From positions 224,001-288,000 of the forward strand of contig CAWBMV010000034.1 in the NCBI GenBank assembly GCA_963789955.1: a stretch of DNA of 64,000 bases, read 5' to 3'. Shown in pieces: positions 40,027-51,299 of the stretch. Position 1 is the stretch's first letter. Every line of letters begins with the position of its first letter. Made by a program: the position numbers and the translations under genes. The notes below the pieces were generated by a model that worked only from the letters and a program-made list of their open reading frames with translations, ran no database searches and was not told the origin of the DNA. This DNA comes from an uncultured Candidatus Rokubacteria bacterium. Its GTDB lineage: Bacteria > Methylomirabilota > Methylomirabilia > Rokubacteriales > CSP1-6.

Positions 40027-40909
40027 ATGAAACGCACCGTCTTCCGCAATCGCTGGCTGCCCTACGCGCTCGTGGCGCCGCAGCTCGCCGTCACGGTCGT
40101 CTTCTTCTTCTGGCCGGCGTTCGACTCGCTGCGTCTGTCGCTCTACCGGGCGTCGCCGTTCGGCGACCGGATGATCTTCATCGGCGCCGGCAACTTCGAG
40201 CGGCTCCTCTCCGATCCGGCATACTTCCGGAGCGTCGCGACGAGCTTCCTCTTCTCGGCGCTCGTGACCGTCGCGGGCACTGGCGGTCGCGCTCCTGCTG
40301 GCGTCGCTCGCCAACGCGAAGATCCGTGGGCTCGCGATCTACCGGACGCTCCTGCTGTGGCCGTACGGGATCGCGCCGGCGATCGCCGGCGTCATCTGGA
40401 TGTTCGTCTTCCACCCGTCCTTCGGCGTCCTGCCGTACCTGCTCTCGTTCGTGACGACCTACCAGTTCAACTGGTTCTTGAAGGGCTGGGTGGCGCTGGT
40501 CCTGATCGTCGTCGCGGCGATCTACAAGCAGTTCGGCTACAACCTGGCCTTCTACCTCGCCGGGCTCCAGGCCATTCCGGGCTCGGTGCTCGAAGCGGCC
40601 AGCGTGGACGGAGCGGGGCCGATCCGGCGATTCTTCGCGATCACCTTCCCGCTGCTCTCGCCGGTCACCTTCTTCCTGTTCACGCTCAACATGACCTTCT
40701 CGTTCTTCGAGACCTTCGGCCTCGTCCACGCGGTGACGCAGGGCGGCCCGGGCGACGCGACGTCGATCCTGGTGTTCCGGGCGTGGAAAGACGGCTTCGA
40801 GGGACTCCAGCTCGGGTACTCGGCCGCGCAGTCGGTGATTCTCATGCTCCTGGTGATCGCGCTGACCGCGGTGCAGTTCCGCTTCGCGGAGAAGAAGGTC
40901 ACGTACTGA
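40027..40909 (+). CDS. ugpA: G3P ABC transporter permease; frameshift near 40280
   Basis: [22 protein letters not shown] and TQGGP motifs; ends [11 protein letters not shown]. Confidence 0.88.
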
Positions 40910-41805
40910 TGGCGTCCACCAGCTCGGTCGCCTCCGCCGGCGCCGTCGCCACCGCCGAGCTGGCGGGCGGACTGCCGGCCGCCCGGCGGCGCGACATGAG
41001 CGGCGTGATCGCCCACGCGATCCTCGTCGCCTCGGTGGTCGTGCTGGCGTTTCCGCTCTACTACGCGTTCGTCATCAGCACCCAGACGCTCGACGAGGTG
41101 ACGAGCCTGCCGCCGAAGCTCGTGCCCTCGACGCACATGCTGCAGAACTACGCCGACGCGTGGACGCGCGTGAAGATGGGACGGCTCCTCCTGAACAGCG
41201 CGATCGTCGCGCTCGCGGTCGCGTTCGGCAAGATCGGGATCTCGCTCCTGTCCGCGTTCGCGATCGTCTACTTCAACTTTCGCGGCAAGCAGCTCGTCTT
41301 CTGGATGATCTTCATCACCCTGATGCTCCCGGTGCCCGTGCGGATCGTGTCCACCTATCAGGTGGTCAGCGTCCTCGGCTGGGTCGACACGTACTGGGGG
41401 CTCACGGTGCCGCTGATGGCGTCGGCGACCGGCACCTTCCTGTTCCGCCAGTACTACCAGACCATCCCGGACTCGCTGGCCGAGGCGGCTCAGCTCGACG
41501 GCGCCGGCCCGCTGCGCTTCCTGTGGTCGTTCCTGCTGCCGCTGTCGAAGGCGAACATCGCCGCGCTCTTCGTCATCTTGTTCGTGTACGGATGGAACGA
41601 CTATCTGTGGCCGCTGATCGTGACGAACAGCCCGGAGATGCGGACGGCCGTGATCGGGATCGACTCGCTGATTCCCCGCACCTCGCAGCTGCCGGAGTGG
41701 AACGTGGCGATGGCGGCGGCGATGATGGTGCTGCTTCCCCCCGTCGTCGTGATCGTCGTGATGCAGCGGTGGTTCGTGAAAGGCCTGATCGAGACCGAGA
41801 AGTGA
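40909..41805 (+). CDS. ugpE: G3P ABC transporter permease
   Basis: [24 protein letters not shown] and EAAQLDGAG motifs; ends [13 protein letters not shown]. Confidence 0.9.
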   Translation: MASTSSVASAGAVATAELAGGLPAARRRDMSGVIAHAILVASVVVLAFPLYYAFVISTQTLDEVTSLPPKLVPSTHMLQNYADAWTRVKMGRLLLNSAIVALAVAFGKIGISLLSAFAIVYFNFRGKQLVFWMIFITLMLPVPVRIVSTYQVVSVLGWVDTYWGLTVPLMASATGTFLFRQYYQTIPDSLAEAAQLDGAGPLRFLWSFLLPLSKANIAALFVILFVYGWNDYLWPLIVTNSPEMRTAVIGIDSLIPRTSQLPEWNVAMAAAMMVLLPPVVVIVVMQRWFVKGLIETEK

Positions 41806-42563
41806 CACGGATCGCGGCGCATCGCGGCGGCGCGGCCCTCTGGCCCGAGAACAGCCTCCTCGCGTTCCAGAGCGCGATCGCGCTGGGCAGCGACCTCCTC
41901 GAATTCGACGTGCACATGACCCGCGACCGCGCCGTCGCGGTGATCCACGACGCCACGCTCGAGCGCACGACCGACGGCTCGGGCGCGGTCGCGTCCTCGA
42001 CGGCCGCCGACCTCGGCCGCCTCCGGCTGCGCGGACCGGACAAGGTTTTCAGCGGCGAGCACGTGCCGACCCTGGACGAAGTGCTCGCCCTCGTGTCGGC
42101 GGCACCGGCGCCCGTGGGGCTGCTCATCGAGGTGAAGGCGCCCGCGGCCGGCGCTCGATACGAGGGACTCGAAGAGCTGATCCTGGCCGCGCTCGCGCGG
42201 TCGGGGCTCCAGGCGCGCGCCACCGTCATGGCGTTCGACCCCCGTGTGCTCGCGCGCGTGCGCGAGCTCGCGCCGCGAGCCCGCACGACGCTCCTGATCG
42301 AGCGCGCCGGCCTCGGCTGGGTCGGCGCGCGCCCCGAGCAGCTTCTCGACTGGGCCGCGGCGGCCGGCGCCACCGACCTCGGTCTGGACTACACCCTGGT
42401 CGACGAGCCGCTGGTCGCGGCGGCGCACGCCGCAAACCTCGCGCTCGGCGTCTGGACGGTGAACGACCCGGAGGCCATTCGGCGGATGCTGGATCTCGGC
42501 GTCGATATCATCACCAGCGATCGCCCCGATCTGGCCAAGCGCCTGCAGCGAGGCGGCGTCGTG

Positions 42564-42564
<1 letters not shown>
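41802..42564 (+). CDS. Glycerophosphodiester phosphodiesterase (in frame with glpK in this assembly)
   Basis: [28 protein letters not shown] and IITSDRP motifs. Confidence 0.88.
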
Positions 42565-44066
<1,502 letters not shown>

Positions 44067-44218
44067 AGGCTACTTTTGTCGACGACCGGCGAATGCCGGC
44101 GTGTACTGTAAGTGCGCGATGCGTTCTGGAGACGACACGTACGTCTGCGCTGCTGCTGGATAGACCCATAGAAGAGTGAACCGGGCGAAACCGGATAGAC
44201 GATCCGGAGGAGACGGCC

Positions 44219-44317
44219 ATGCATAAGAGGAATCGCAGGAAGACCGCGCGCCGACGCGCCGCGTTCAAGAAGAAGCAGAAGAAGCGCCGTGAGCGCGCCG
44301 CCGGCAAGGGTCGCTGA
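44219..44317 (+). CDS. 32-aa highly basic small protein
   Basis: GGAGGAG RBS; MHKRNRRKTARRRAAFKKKQKKRRERAAGKGR*; below the ORF-track size cutoff. Confidence 0.65.
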   Translation: MHKRNRRKTARRRAAFKKKQKKRRERAAGKGR

Positions 44318-44329
44318 CGGAGACGACCG

Positions 44330-45442
44330 ATGAGACGATTCGCGATCCTGACGCTCGCAGCGTTGCTGGCCGCGGGCTGGTTCGGTCCGGCCGCGGCGCA
44401 GCCGCCGATCGAGGGCGAGCTGACCTTGATCACGCCGGTCTCGAAGTTCATCCACGACGCGGCGCTCAAGGCATTCGCCGACTACGCCAAGGAGAAGTGG
44501 AACGTCACGGTGAAGGTCAACGCGATCCCGGCGGGCACGCCGGTCGCCTACGGGCGCATCGTCGAGTGGAAGGGCCGGCCGGAGGTCGACATCTTCTGGG
44601 GCGGGGAGTCGGCCCTGTTCGAAAAGCTCGCGGAGCAGAAGCTCCTGCAAAAGGTCGAGATCTCCCGCGAGGCCTGGGACTCGATTCCGGCGTCGATCGG
44701 GACGCCCAAGCCGATCCCGCTCAAGGACAAGGACGGCCACTGGGTCGGCACCGCGCTCGAGCCCTACGGGCTCGTCTACCATCCGAAGAAGATCCAGCGC
44801 CTCGGCATTCCGGAGCCCAAGGAGTGGGACGATCTCCTGAATCCAAAGCTCAAGGGTGAGATCGCCCAGTGCGCGCCCACGCGGTCCTCGTCGTCGAACG
44901 CGACATACGAGGTGATCCTGTCGATGCTCGGCGAGGACAAGGGCTGGGACTGGCTCCGCAAGCTCGCCGGCAACACCGGGCTCTTCACCGCGCGGAGCCG
45001 CGACGTCCCGACGGTGGTGGCCAAGGGCGAGTTCACCGCGGGCTTCGCCGTGCCGTCCTACATGGCGTTCGAGGAAAAGCTCGCCGGCTTCGATCTCAAG
45101 TTCGTGGCGCCGAAGAACGCCTTCGTCACGCCCGAGCCCATGGCGATCCTCGCGGGCGCCCGGAATCCGAAGGCGGCGCGCGCGTTCATCGAGTTCCTCC
45201 TGAGCGAGCGCGGGCAGCGCGTGTTCATGGAGCGCGGGCTGTTCCCGATCACGCCGAAGTACAAGGTGCAGGGCCCGCCGGGCTCGACCGCCGAGATGGC
45301 CGTGGAATTCACCGGTGGCGTCCGCTCGTACTTCGAGCGCGACGTCTCGAACGTCTACGACGAGGCGGCCGCCCAGAAGCGGTCGGACGCGCTCAAGCAG
45401 AAGTTCCGGACGGACATCGAAGCGACCTGGAAGAAACCCTGA
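44330..45442 (+). CDS. ABC transporter substrate-binding protein (AfuA/FbpA Fe3+/thiamine class)
   Basis: Signal peptide; DIFWGG, PKEWDDLL, PTRSSS and GWDWL motifs. Confidence 0.85.
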   Translation: MRRFAILTLAALLAAGWFGPAAAQPPIEGELTLITPVSKFIHDAALKAFADYAKEKWNVTVKVNAIPAGTPVAYGRIVEWKGRPEVDIFWGGESALFEKLAEQKLLQKVEISREAWDSIPASIGTPKPIPLKDKDGHWVGTALEPYGLVYHPKKIQRLGIPEPKEWDDLLNPKLKGEIAQCAPTRSSSSNATYEVILSMLGEDKGWDWLRKLAGNTGLFTARSRDVPTVVAKGEFTAGFAVPSYMAFEEKLAGFDLKFVAPKNAFVTPEPMAILAGARNPKAARAFIEFLLSERGQRVFMERGLFPITPKYKVQGPPGSTAEMAVEFTGGVRSYFERDVSNVYDEAAAQKRSDALKQKFRTDIEATWKKP

Positions 45443-46500
45443 AGATCCGGCTTCACGGGGTCCTGAAGCGATTCGGGAGCGTGACCGCGGTCGACGGCGC
45501 GAGTCTCGAGATCGGTGATGGCGAGCTGTTCACCTTGCTCGGACCGTCGGGCTGCGGCAAGACGACCCTGCTCCGGCTGATGGCAGGGTTCTTCACGCCG
45601 GACGGCGGCGAGATCTGGTTCGGGGAGCGCCGGGTCGACGGGCTCCGGCCGTACGAGCGCAATATCGGCATGGTGTTCCAGAACTACGCGCTCTGGCCCC
45701 ACATGACCGTGCGGGCGAACGTCGCCTACGGGCTCAAGCTGCGCCGCCTGGACAGCCCCACGATCGCCGAGCGCGTCGCGGCCGGCCTCGACAAGGTGAA
45801 CCTGGCGGGGCTCGAGCTTCGCTATCCCGGTCAGCTCTCCGGAGGCCAGCAGCAGCGCGTCGCGCTGGCGCGAGCGCTCGTCCTGAACCCGGACATCCTG
45901 CTCCTCGACGAGCCGCTGTCGAACCTGGACGCGAAGATCCGCGTTCAGGTGCGCGCGGAGATCCGCAAGCTGCAGAAGGATCTCGGGATCACGACGGTCT
46001 ATGTGACGCACGACCAGGAAGAGGCGCTGTCGCTCTCCGACCGCGTGGCGGTCATGCGGGACGGCCGGGTGCTGCAAGTCGCGCCGCCGAAAGAGCTGTA
46101 CGAGCGGCCGGTCGGGCGATTCGTCGCTGACTTCGTCGGCACCAACAACTTCCTCGCGGGCACGTGCCGCGAGGTCACGGCCGATCGGATCTGTGCCGAG
46201 ACCGACATCGGGCTCGTGCGCAGCTCACGCTCGACTCGGGTTCGCCCCGGCGACCGCTGCGTGCTCGCGGTGCGCCCCGAGAACATCGCGCTCGGCGCCG
46301 CGCACGAGAATACGTTCGAGGGGCGCGTCGGCCTGGCCTCGTATCTCGGCAGCACGCTCCGCTACGACGTCGAGGTGCGTGACGGCGTCGTGCTCAAGGT
46401 GGACGTCGGCGATCCGTGGCATCACGAGGTGCTGCCGATGGGGGCGCCGGTGCGCGTCAGCTTTCCTGCGTCGGCGGCCCTGACGCTTCCCGACGAATGA
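45439..46500 (+). CDS. ABC transporter ATP-binding protein (FbpC/PotA-like)
   Basis: GPSGCGKTT, LSGGQQQR and LLLDEP motifs; TOBE tail. Start uncertain (CTG 45439 or GTG 45481). Confidence 0.9.
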   Translation: MKIRLHGVLKRFGSVTAVDGASLEIGDGELFTLLGPSGCGKTTLLRLMAGFFTPDGGEIWFGERRVDGLRPYERNIGMVFQNYALWPHMTVRANVAYGLKLRRLDSPTIAERVAAGLDKVNLAGLELRYPGQLSGGQQQRVALARALVLNPDILLLDEPLSNLDAKIRVQVRAEIRKLQKDLGITTVYVTHDQEEALSLSDRVAVMRDGRVLQVAPPKELYERPVGRFVADFVGTNNFLAGTCREVTADRICAETDIGLVRSSRSTRVRPGDRCVLAVRPENIALGAAHENTFEGRVGLASYLGSTLRYDVEVRDGVVLKVDVGDPWHHEVLPMGAPVRVSFPASAALTLPDE

Positions 46501-48212
46501 GCAGCCCCGCCGCCGCGCCCGCCGCTCGGAGCCACACGTCCTGGAGCGCGAGTCGTCTCCTGCCCGCCGCCGGTGTCGGCGTCGTCTGGCTCTTCCTGCT
46601 GGTCTTCCTCGTCTACCCGCTGCTCCGGATCCTCTACGACGCGTTCAGCGACGAGGCGGGACGCTTGACCCTGGCGAACTTCGTCGCGTTCGCACGCGAT
46701 CCGTACTACCTGCGCTCGCTCGGGAACTCGCTGCTGCTCGGTCTCGGCACCGTGGCGGCGACGTCGGTGGTGGGCTTCGCGGTGGCGTTCCTGCTCGTCC
46801 GCTACGACTTCGTCGGCCGCAATCTCTTCGGCTACCTCACCTTGATCCCGATCATCTCGCCCCCGCTGGTCGGCGTGCTCGGCTTCACCTTCATCATGGG
46901 GCGCGCGGGGACGGTGAACGTGCTGCTCGAGGACTGGTTCGGGCTGGCGCGGCCGCTGAACTTCGTCTACGGGCTTCACGGGGTCCTGCTCGTGGAGACG
47001 CTTCACCTGTTCCCGATGATCACCTTGAACGTCGTCGACGCGCTGGCGAAGATCGACCCGGCGCTCGAGGAGGCGGCGGAGAGCGTCGGCGCTCGCGGCT
47101 TCACGAAGCTCGTGCGGATCACCTTGCCGCTCACGACGCCGGGCTACGTGGCGGGCGCGCTCCTGGTCTTCATCTGGACCTTCTCCGACTTCGCCACGCC
47201 GCTGGTGCTCGGCGTCCACGATCTGCTCGCGTCGCAGGCCTATCTCAACATCGTCCAGTTCGTGGATCGGCGGTTGTTCCGGATGGGCATCGTGATCTCG
47301 GCGCTCATGGTGGTCCTGGCCGTCGTGTTCCTGGTGGCGGCGCGCCGCTACGTGGCGATCAAGGACTATTCGTCGCTCTCGTACTCGAAGGTCGCGCGCC
47401 GGCGGCTCTCGCCGCTCGGCCAGGCCGGCGCCGTCTCGTTCCTGTCGTTCCTGATGCTCTTCTCCTTCATCCCGTATCTCGGCGTGATCCTGGCGTCGGT
47501 GGGGAAGGGCTGGTCGCTGACGCCGTTTCCGGTGCGCTACACCTTCGCCTACTTCGAGCGGGTCATCGTCGAGACGCCGAAGTACATCGTGAACAGCTTG
47601 CTCTACTCGGGTCTCGCCGTCGTGCTGTGCATCGTGATCGGCGTGCCGATCGCGTGGATCCTGGCGCGCACGCGCCTGCCCGGACGGGACACGCTCGACG
47701 GGCTCAACACCTTGATCCTGGCGATCCCGGGGACCGCGATCGGCATCGCGTACATCCGCGCGTTCCATTTCGATCTGCCCTTCGTGGACCGCGGGCTCAC
47801 GAGTCTCTGGATCGTCCTGCCGCTCGTCCTCGCGATCCGGCGACTGCCGTACACGGTACGCGGCTCTTACGCGTCGCTCCTGCTCGTGCACCGATCCATG
47901 GAGGAAGCCGCGGCGAGCGTCGGCGCGCGCGGACTCCGCTCGTTCGTCGACGTGACCTTGCCGCTCATCTGGCGCGGCGTCCTGGTGGGCGCGCTCTTCT
48001 CGTTCATGACGTCGCTGCAGGAGGCCTCGGCGGTCTTGTTCCTGTCGCTCGGAGGGTGGGAGACGATCACCGTCGGGATTTTCTCGTTCTATATCGCCGG
48101 CAGCGCCAACGAGGCCGCCGCGCTCGGCGTCATCCTGATCGTCGTCGCCGCGATCAGCGTGGCCGTGATCAACCGGGTCGCGGGCGCGCGCATGGGCGGA
48201 ATGTTCGGCTGA
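46497..48212 (+). CDS. ABC transporter permease (FbpB-like, two-domain)
   Basis: Two EEAA loops and many transmembrane helices. Confidence 0.9.
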   Translation: MSSPAAAPAARSHTSWSASRLLPAAGVGVVWLFLLVFLVYPLLRILYDAFSDEAGRLTLANFVAFARDPYYLRSLGNSLLLGLGTVAATSVVGFAVAFLLVRYDFVGRNLFGYLTLIPIISPPLVGVLGFTFIMGRAGTVNVLLEDWFGLARPLNFVYGLHGVLLVETLHLFPMITLNVVDALAKIDPALEEAAESVGARGFTKLVRITLPLTTPGYVAGALLVFIWTFSDFATPLVLGVHDLLASQAYLNIVQFVDRRLFRMGIVISALMVVLAVVFLVAARRYVAIKDYSSLSYSKVARRRLSPLGQAGAVSFLSFLMLFSFIPYLGVILASVGKGWSLTPFPVRYTFAYFERVIVETPKYIVNSLLYSGLAVVLCIVIGVPIAWILARTRLPGRDTLDGLNTLILAIPGTAIGIAYIRAFHFDLPFVDRGLTSLWIVLPLVLAIRRLPYTVRGSYASLLLVHRSMEEAAASVGARGLRSFVDVTLPLIWRGVLVGALFSFMTSLQEASAVLFLSLGGWETITVGIFSFYIAGSANEAAALGVILIVVAAISVAVINRVAGARMGGMFG

Positions 48213-48316
48213 GGTTGTACCGAACTCATTCAGATCGTTCCGCCTCCACGATAGCGAAATCAGCCACTTCCGATCGCTTGTTCGCCCGAAGTCAATGTGC
48301 TAGTGTCCTTCTTCAC

Positions 48317-48553
48317 ATGGCGCCGTCCGGGGATCAGGGAGCCTGGAAAGCGCTCGGGGAACTCTCCTCGATCGGGCTCGCGCTGGTGATTTGTACGGTG
48401 ATCGGGCTCGTCGGGGGCTACTACGCGGACCGCTTGCTGGGAACGTCGCCCTGGCTCTTGCTGCTCGGGCTGGCGCTCGGGATCGCGGCCGGATTCGTCA
48501 ACCTCTTTCGATCGGTGAACCGCGCCGACCGGGAGCTCGATGACACCAAGTGA
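48317..48553 (+). CDS. AtpZ/AtpI family small membrane protein
   Basis: IGL..GYYADRLLGTSPWLLLLG..LGIAAGF; first gene of the atp unit. Confidence 0.85.
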   Translation: MAPSGDQGAWKALGELSSIGLALVICTVIGLVGGYYADRLLGTSPWLLLLGLALGIAAGFVNLFRSVNRADRELDDTK

Positions 48554-48905
48554 GCTGACGACGCGGGTGACGCTCGACACGTGCGCCGCCGTGGGCGCGC
48601 TCGCCGCGCTCGGCTGGTGGCTCCTGGGCGCGCCGATCGGCCTGGGCGTGCTGGCCGGCGGTGCCCTCGCGGTCGTGAACTTCCGGTGGCTCGTCGCCCG
48701 CGCGGCCCTCGCGACCGCCATCGGCAGCGCGTCGGCCGCCGCGTGGATCCTCGGCGCCGGCCTCCGGTTCGCCGCGTGCGCCGGGGCGTGCGGAATTCTT
48801 CTCGCGTACGGCTGGGCGCATCCGATCGCGCTGGTGGCGGGGTTCACGGTGTTGCCCTGCGATTTGATCGCGCGCGGCCTCGAGTCGGCGCGCACGGAGC
48901 GCTGA
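48540..48905 (+). CDS. ATP synthase protein I-like membrane protein
   Basis: Four hydrophobic segments; GG.LA..NF motif; lies between the atpZ-like gene and atpB. Confidence 0.7.
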   Translation: MTPSELTTRVTLDTCAAVGALAALGWWLLGAPIGLGVLAGGALAVVNFRWLVARAALATAIGSASAAAWILGAGLRFAACAGACGILLAYGWAHPIALVAGFTVLPCDLIARGLESARTER

Positions 48906-48908
48906 TCG

Positions 48909-49688
48909 ATGGAAGCGATCGAGCATGCCCCGATATTCCGCCTGCCGGGCATTCCCGACCACGTGACCTACACGTGGCTCATCATGCTGATCCTGGCCGG
49001 CCTGACGTTCGTCGCCTCGCGAAATCTACAATTGGTCCCGCGTGGTCTGCAGAACTTCCTGGAGGTCGTGCTCGAGCAGTTCCAGCAGATGATCGACGAC
49101 GTCATGGGTCACGAGGGCCGGCGCTACCTGCCGTTGATCGCGACCCTCGGGCTCTTCATCCTCATGGGTAACCTCGTGGGCCTGGTGCCGGGACTGGTGG
49201 GGGTGACCGGCAACCTCAACACGAACGCCGCCTGCGCGATCGTCGTGTTCGTGGCGTACCACTGGATCGGCGCGCGAAAGCAGGGGCTCGTCCCGTATCT
49301 CAAGCACTTCGCCGGACCAGTTCCGCTGGCGCTCAAGCCCCTGATGTTCGTGATCGAGATCATCAGCCATCTCGCGCGCCCGCTCTCGCTGACGCTCAGG
49401 CTCTTCGGCAACATCGTCGGCGGCCACATCCTGCTCGCGGTGATCTTCCTCCTGATGGGCCTGGATGGCCTGATCGGGTGGGCGCTGTCGGGCAGCGTGC
49501 CGGGGGCGATCATCGGCGGGATCGGCGGCATCGTCACGATCGCCTTCACCGTGGGATTTCTCTATCCGCTGAAGATTCTGGTGGCCTTTCTGCAGGCGTT
49601 CATCTTCGTGATGCTGACGATGCTGTACATCTCCGGAGCGATCGAAGAGTCCGAACACCATTCCGAACAGCATTCCGCGCACCACTAG
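48909..49688 (+). CDS. atpB: F0F1 ATP synthase subunit a
   Basis: PRGLQN, RPLSLTLRLFGN and LQAFIFVMLT motifs. Confidence 0.95.
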   Translation: MEAIEHAPIFRLPGIPDHVTYTWLIMLILAGLTFVASRNLQLVPRGLQNFLEVVLEQFQQMIDDVMGHEGRRYLPLIATLGLFILMGNLVGLVPGLVGVTGNLNTNAACAIVVFVAYHWIGARKQGLVPYLKHFAGPVPLALKPLMFVIEIISHLARPLSLTLRLFGNIVGGHILLAVIFLLMGLDGLIGWALSGSVPGAIIGGIGGIVTIAFTVGFLYPLKILVAFLQAFIFVMLTMLYISGAIEESEHHSEQHSAHH

Positions 49689-49715
49689 CAGATCACACGT
49701 ATAGAGGAGGGAGTC

Positions 49716-50042
49716 GTGCGACGTTCACTGATTCTGGGTGGGTTGGCGGTTCTGGCGTTTCCGACCGCGGCGCTGGCGGCTGAGGGCGGCACGGGCGGCT
49801 GGATCGCTCCGTTCGCGGTGATCGCGGCCGGCATCGGCATGGCGATCGCGGCAGGGTTGTGCGGGCTCGGTCAGGGCAGGGCGGTGGCGTCGGCCGTCGA
49901 CGCGATGGCCCGTCAGCCGGGCGCTGCGGCGAGGATTCAGACCGCGATGATCATCGGTCTGGCGCTCATCGAGTCCCTCGCGATCTATACGCTCGTCATC
50001 GCGTTGATCCTCTTGTTCGTGAAAGGCATCAATTTCGCGTGA
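49716..50042 (+). CDS. atpE: F0F1 ATP synthase subunit c, with N-terminal signal-like extension
   Basis: GLGQG, ARQP and [12 protein letters not shown] motifs. Confidence 0.95.
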   Translation: MRRSLILGGLAVLAFPTAALAAEGGTGGWIAPFAVIAAGIGMAIAAGLCGLGQGRAVASAVDAMARQPGAAARIQTAMIIGLALIESLAIYTLVIALILLFVKGINFA

Positions 50043-50103
50043 CGACCAGCGCATAGCGGAGGTTCGGCGCGCCGCACGCCTTCCGCGCGCGGCGCGCCGC
50101 ACG

Positions 50104-50946
50104 ATGACGCCACGACCGAACGCCCGCCTCACGAAGATCCCGGAGATGACGATCCGTCGTCTCTCGGTCTATACCCGGTGCCTGCTGCAGCTCGAAGAAG
50201 ACGGCGTCAAGACGGTGTCCTCGCAGGAGCTGGCCGACCGCTTCAATCTCAACTCGGCGCAGGTTCGAAAGGATCTCGCCTACTTCGGCGAATTCGGGGT
50301 CCGCGGCATCGGCTATTACGTCTCGGGGCTCAAGGCCGAGCTCCAGCGGATCCTCGGCCTCGATCGCGAGTGGCCGGTGGCGCTCATCGGATTCGGCAAT
50401 CTCGGCTCGGCGCTCTTTCACTACCGCGGCTTCGCGCGGCAGGGCTTCCGCATCGCGGCCATCTTCGACGAGGATCCGACGAAGGTCGCGCCCGAGGTCG
50501 AGTCGACCCCGATCTTCGCGAGCCGCGACCTCGGCCGCGAGGTGAAGGCGCGCGGCATCCAGATCGCGATCGTCGCGGTCCCCTCGGAAGCGGCGCAAGC
50601 GGTCGCCGACCAGCTGGTCGCCGCCGGTATCAAAGCGATCCTCAACTTCGCTCCCGCCCGCATCAAAGTTCCCCGCGACGTCCGCCTCAAACACGTCGAC
50701 CTCTCGATCGAGCTCGAAACTCTCTCGTTCTACCTCGCCAAGACCTGGGTCCCCGTCAACGGGCCGGCGGGTGGGGGTGGTGGGGTTGGGGAGGGGTCCC
50801 GCGACCACGCGGCACGCGTGCGCTGCTCCACTCGTCTGGGCTCCATCCCGGCGCATAACGTCCGCCGCCGCTCGCCGGGAACGGGTCGCTGGGACCCCTC
50901 CCCAACCCCACCACCCCCACCCGCCGGCCCTCCGCTCTCGGCCTAG
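50104..50946 (+). CDS. rex: Redox-sensing transcriptional repressor Rex; C-terminus extended by an inserted palindromic element
   Basis: TIRRLSVY, QVRKDLAYFGEFGVRGIGY, IGFGNLG and ILNFAP motifs; similarity ends near 50740. Confidence 0.93.
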   Translation: MTPRPNARLTKIPEMTIRRLSVYTRCLLQLEEDGVKTVSSQELADRFNLNSAQVRKDLAYFGEFGVRGIGYYVSGLKAELQRILGLDREWPVALIGFGNLGSALFHYRGFARQGFRIAAIFDEDPTKVAPEVESTPIFASRDLGREVKARGIQIAIVAVPSEAAQAVADQLVAAGIKAILNFAPARIKVPRDVRLKHVDLSIELETLSFYLAKTWVPVNGPAGGGGGVGEGSRDHAARVRCSTRLGSIPAHNVRRRSPGTGRWDPSPTPPPPPAGPPLSA

Positions 50947-51272
50947 CCCCCGCGTCGGCGAGAGGCGAAGCCGTCGGCTCGTCGAGCATCGTTTGAGCTG
51001 AATGCCGCCGACAGTCGGCTGCGACGCTTGGACAGAGCGATCGCGAGATGGCTCGACCAGGCCAAGGGTGCAGCGGGGCTAGGCACGGGAGACGGGCTGG
51101 AGGGTGAGGCGGCGGGTCGGGGCAGGGGTCCCGGGACCCGTTCCCTCCGAGCGGACGGCGGACGTTAAGCGCCCGGATGGAGCCCAGACGAGTGGGGCAG
51201 CGCACGCGTGCCGCGTGGTAGCCGGGACCCCTGCCCCGACCCTCCGCCTCACCCTCCAGCCCGCCTCAACGG
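50756..51272. mobile_element. Non-coding nested palindromic element (two inverted ~170-bp hairpin units), MITE/REPIN-like
   Basis: 40/40 inverted repeat 50761-50800 with 50891-50930; 41/42 inverted repeat 51093-51134 with 51222-51263; the two loops are near reverse complements; TCAACGG direct repeat at both outer ends. Confidence 0.75.
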
Positions 51273-51299
51273 TCGTGATACCGTAATGAGCTCGGGTCG

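Noticed and set aside
40027..41805. UgpA-UgpE fusion (592-aa ORF)
   Set aside because: Frameshift near 40280; the UgpA C-terminus is ORF 40400..40909.
49716..50042. Na+-coupled c-ring
   Set aside because: Has Q, E, S and Y but Leu in place of the Thr of the EST Na+ motif; not supportable from sequence alone.
48317..50740. Split ATP synthase operon (F0 a and c only) linked to rex as a novelty
   Set aside because: Separate atpI-B-E units are well known, and atpE-rex adjacency occurs in Desulfovibrio-like organisms.
50741..50946. Novel C-terminal domain on Rex
   Set aside because: The Gly- and Pro-rich tail is read-through into the palindromic element.
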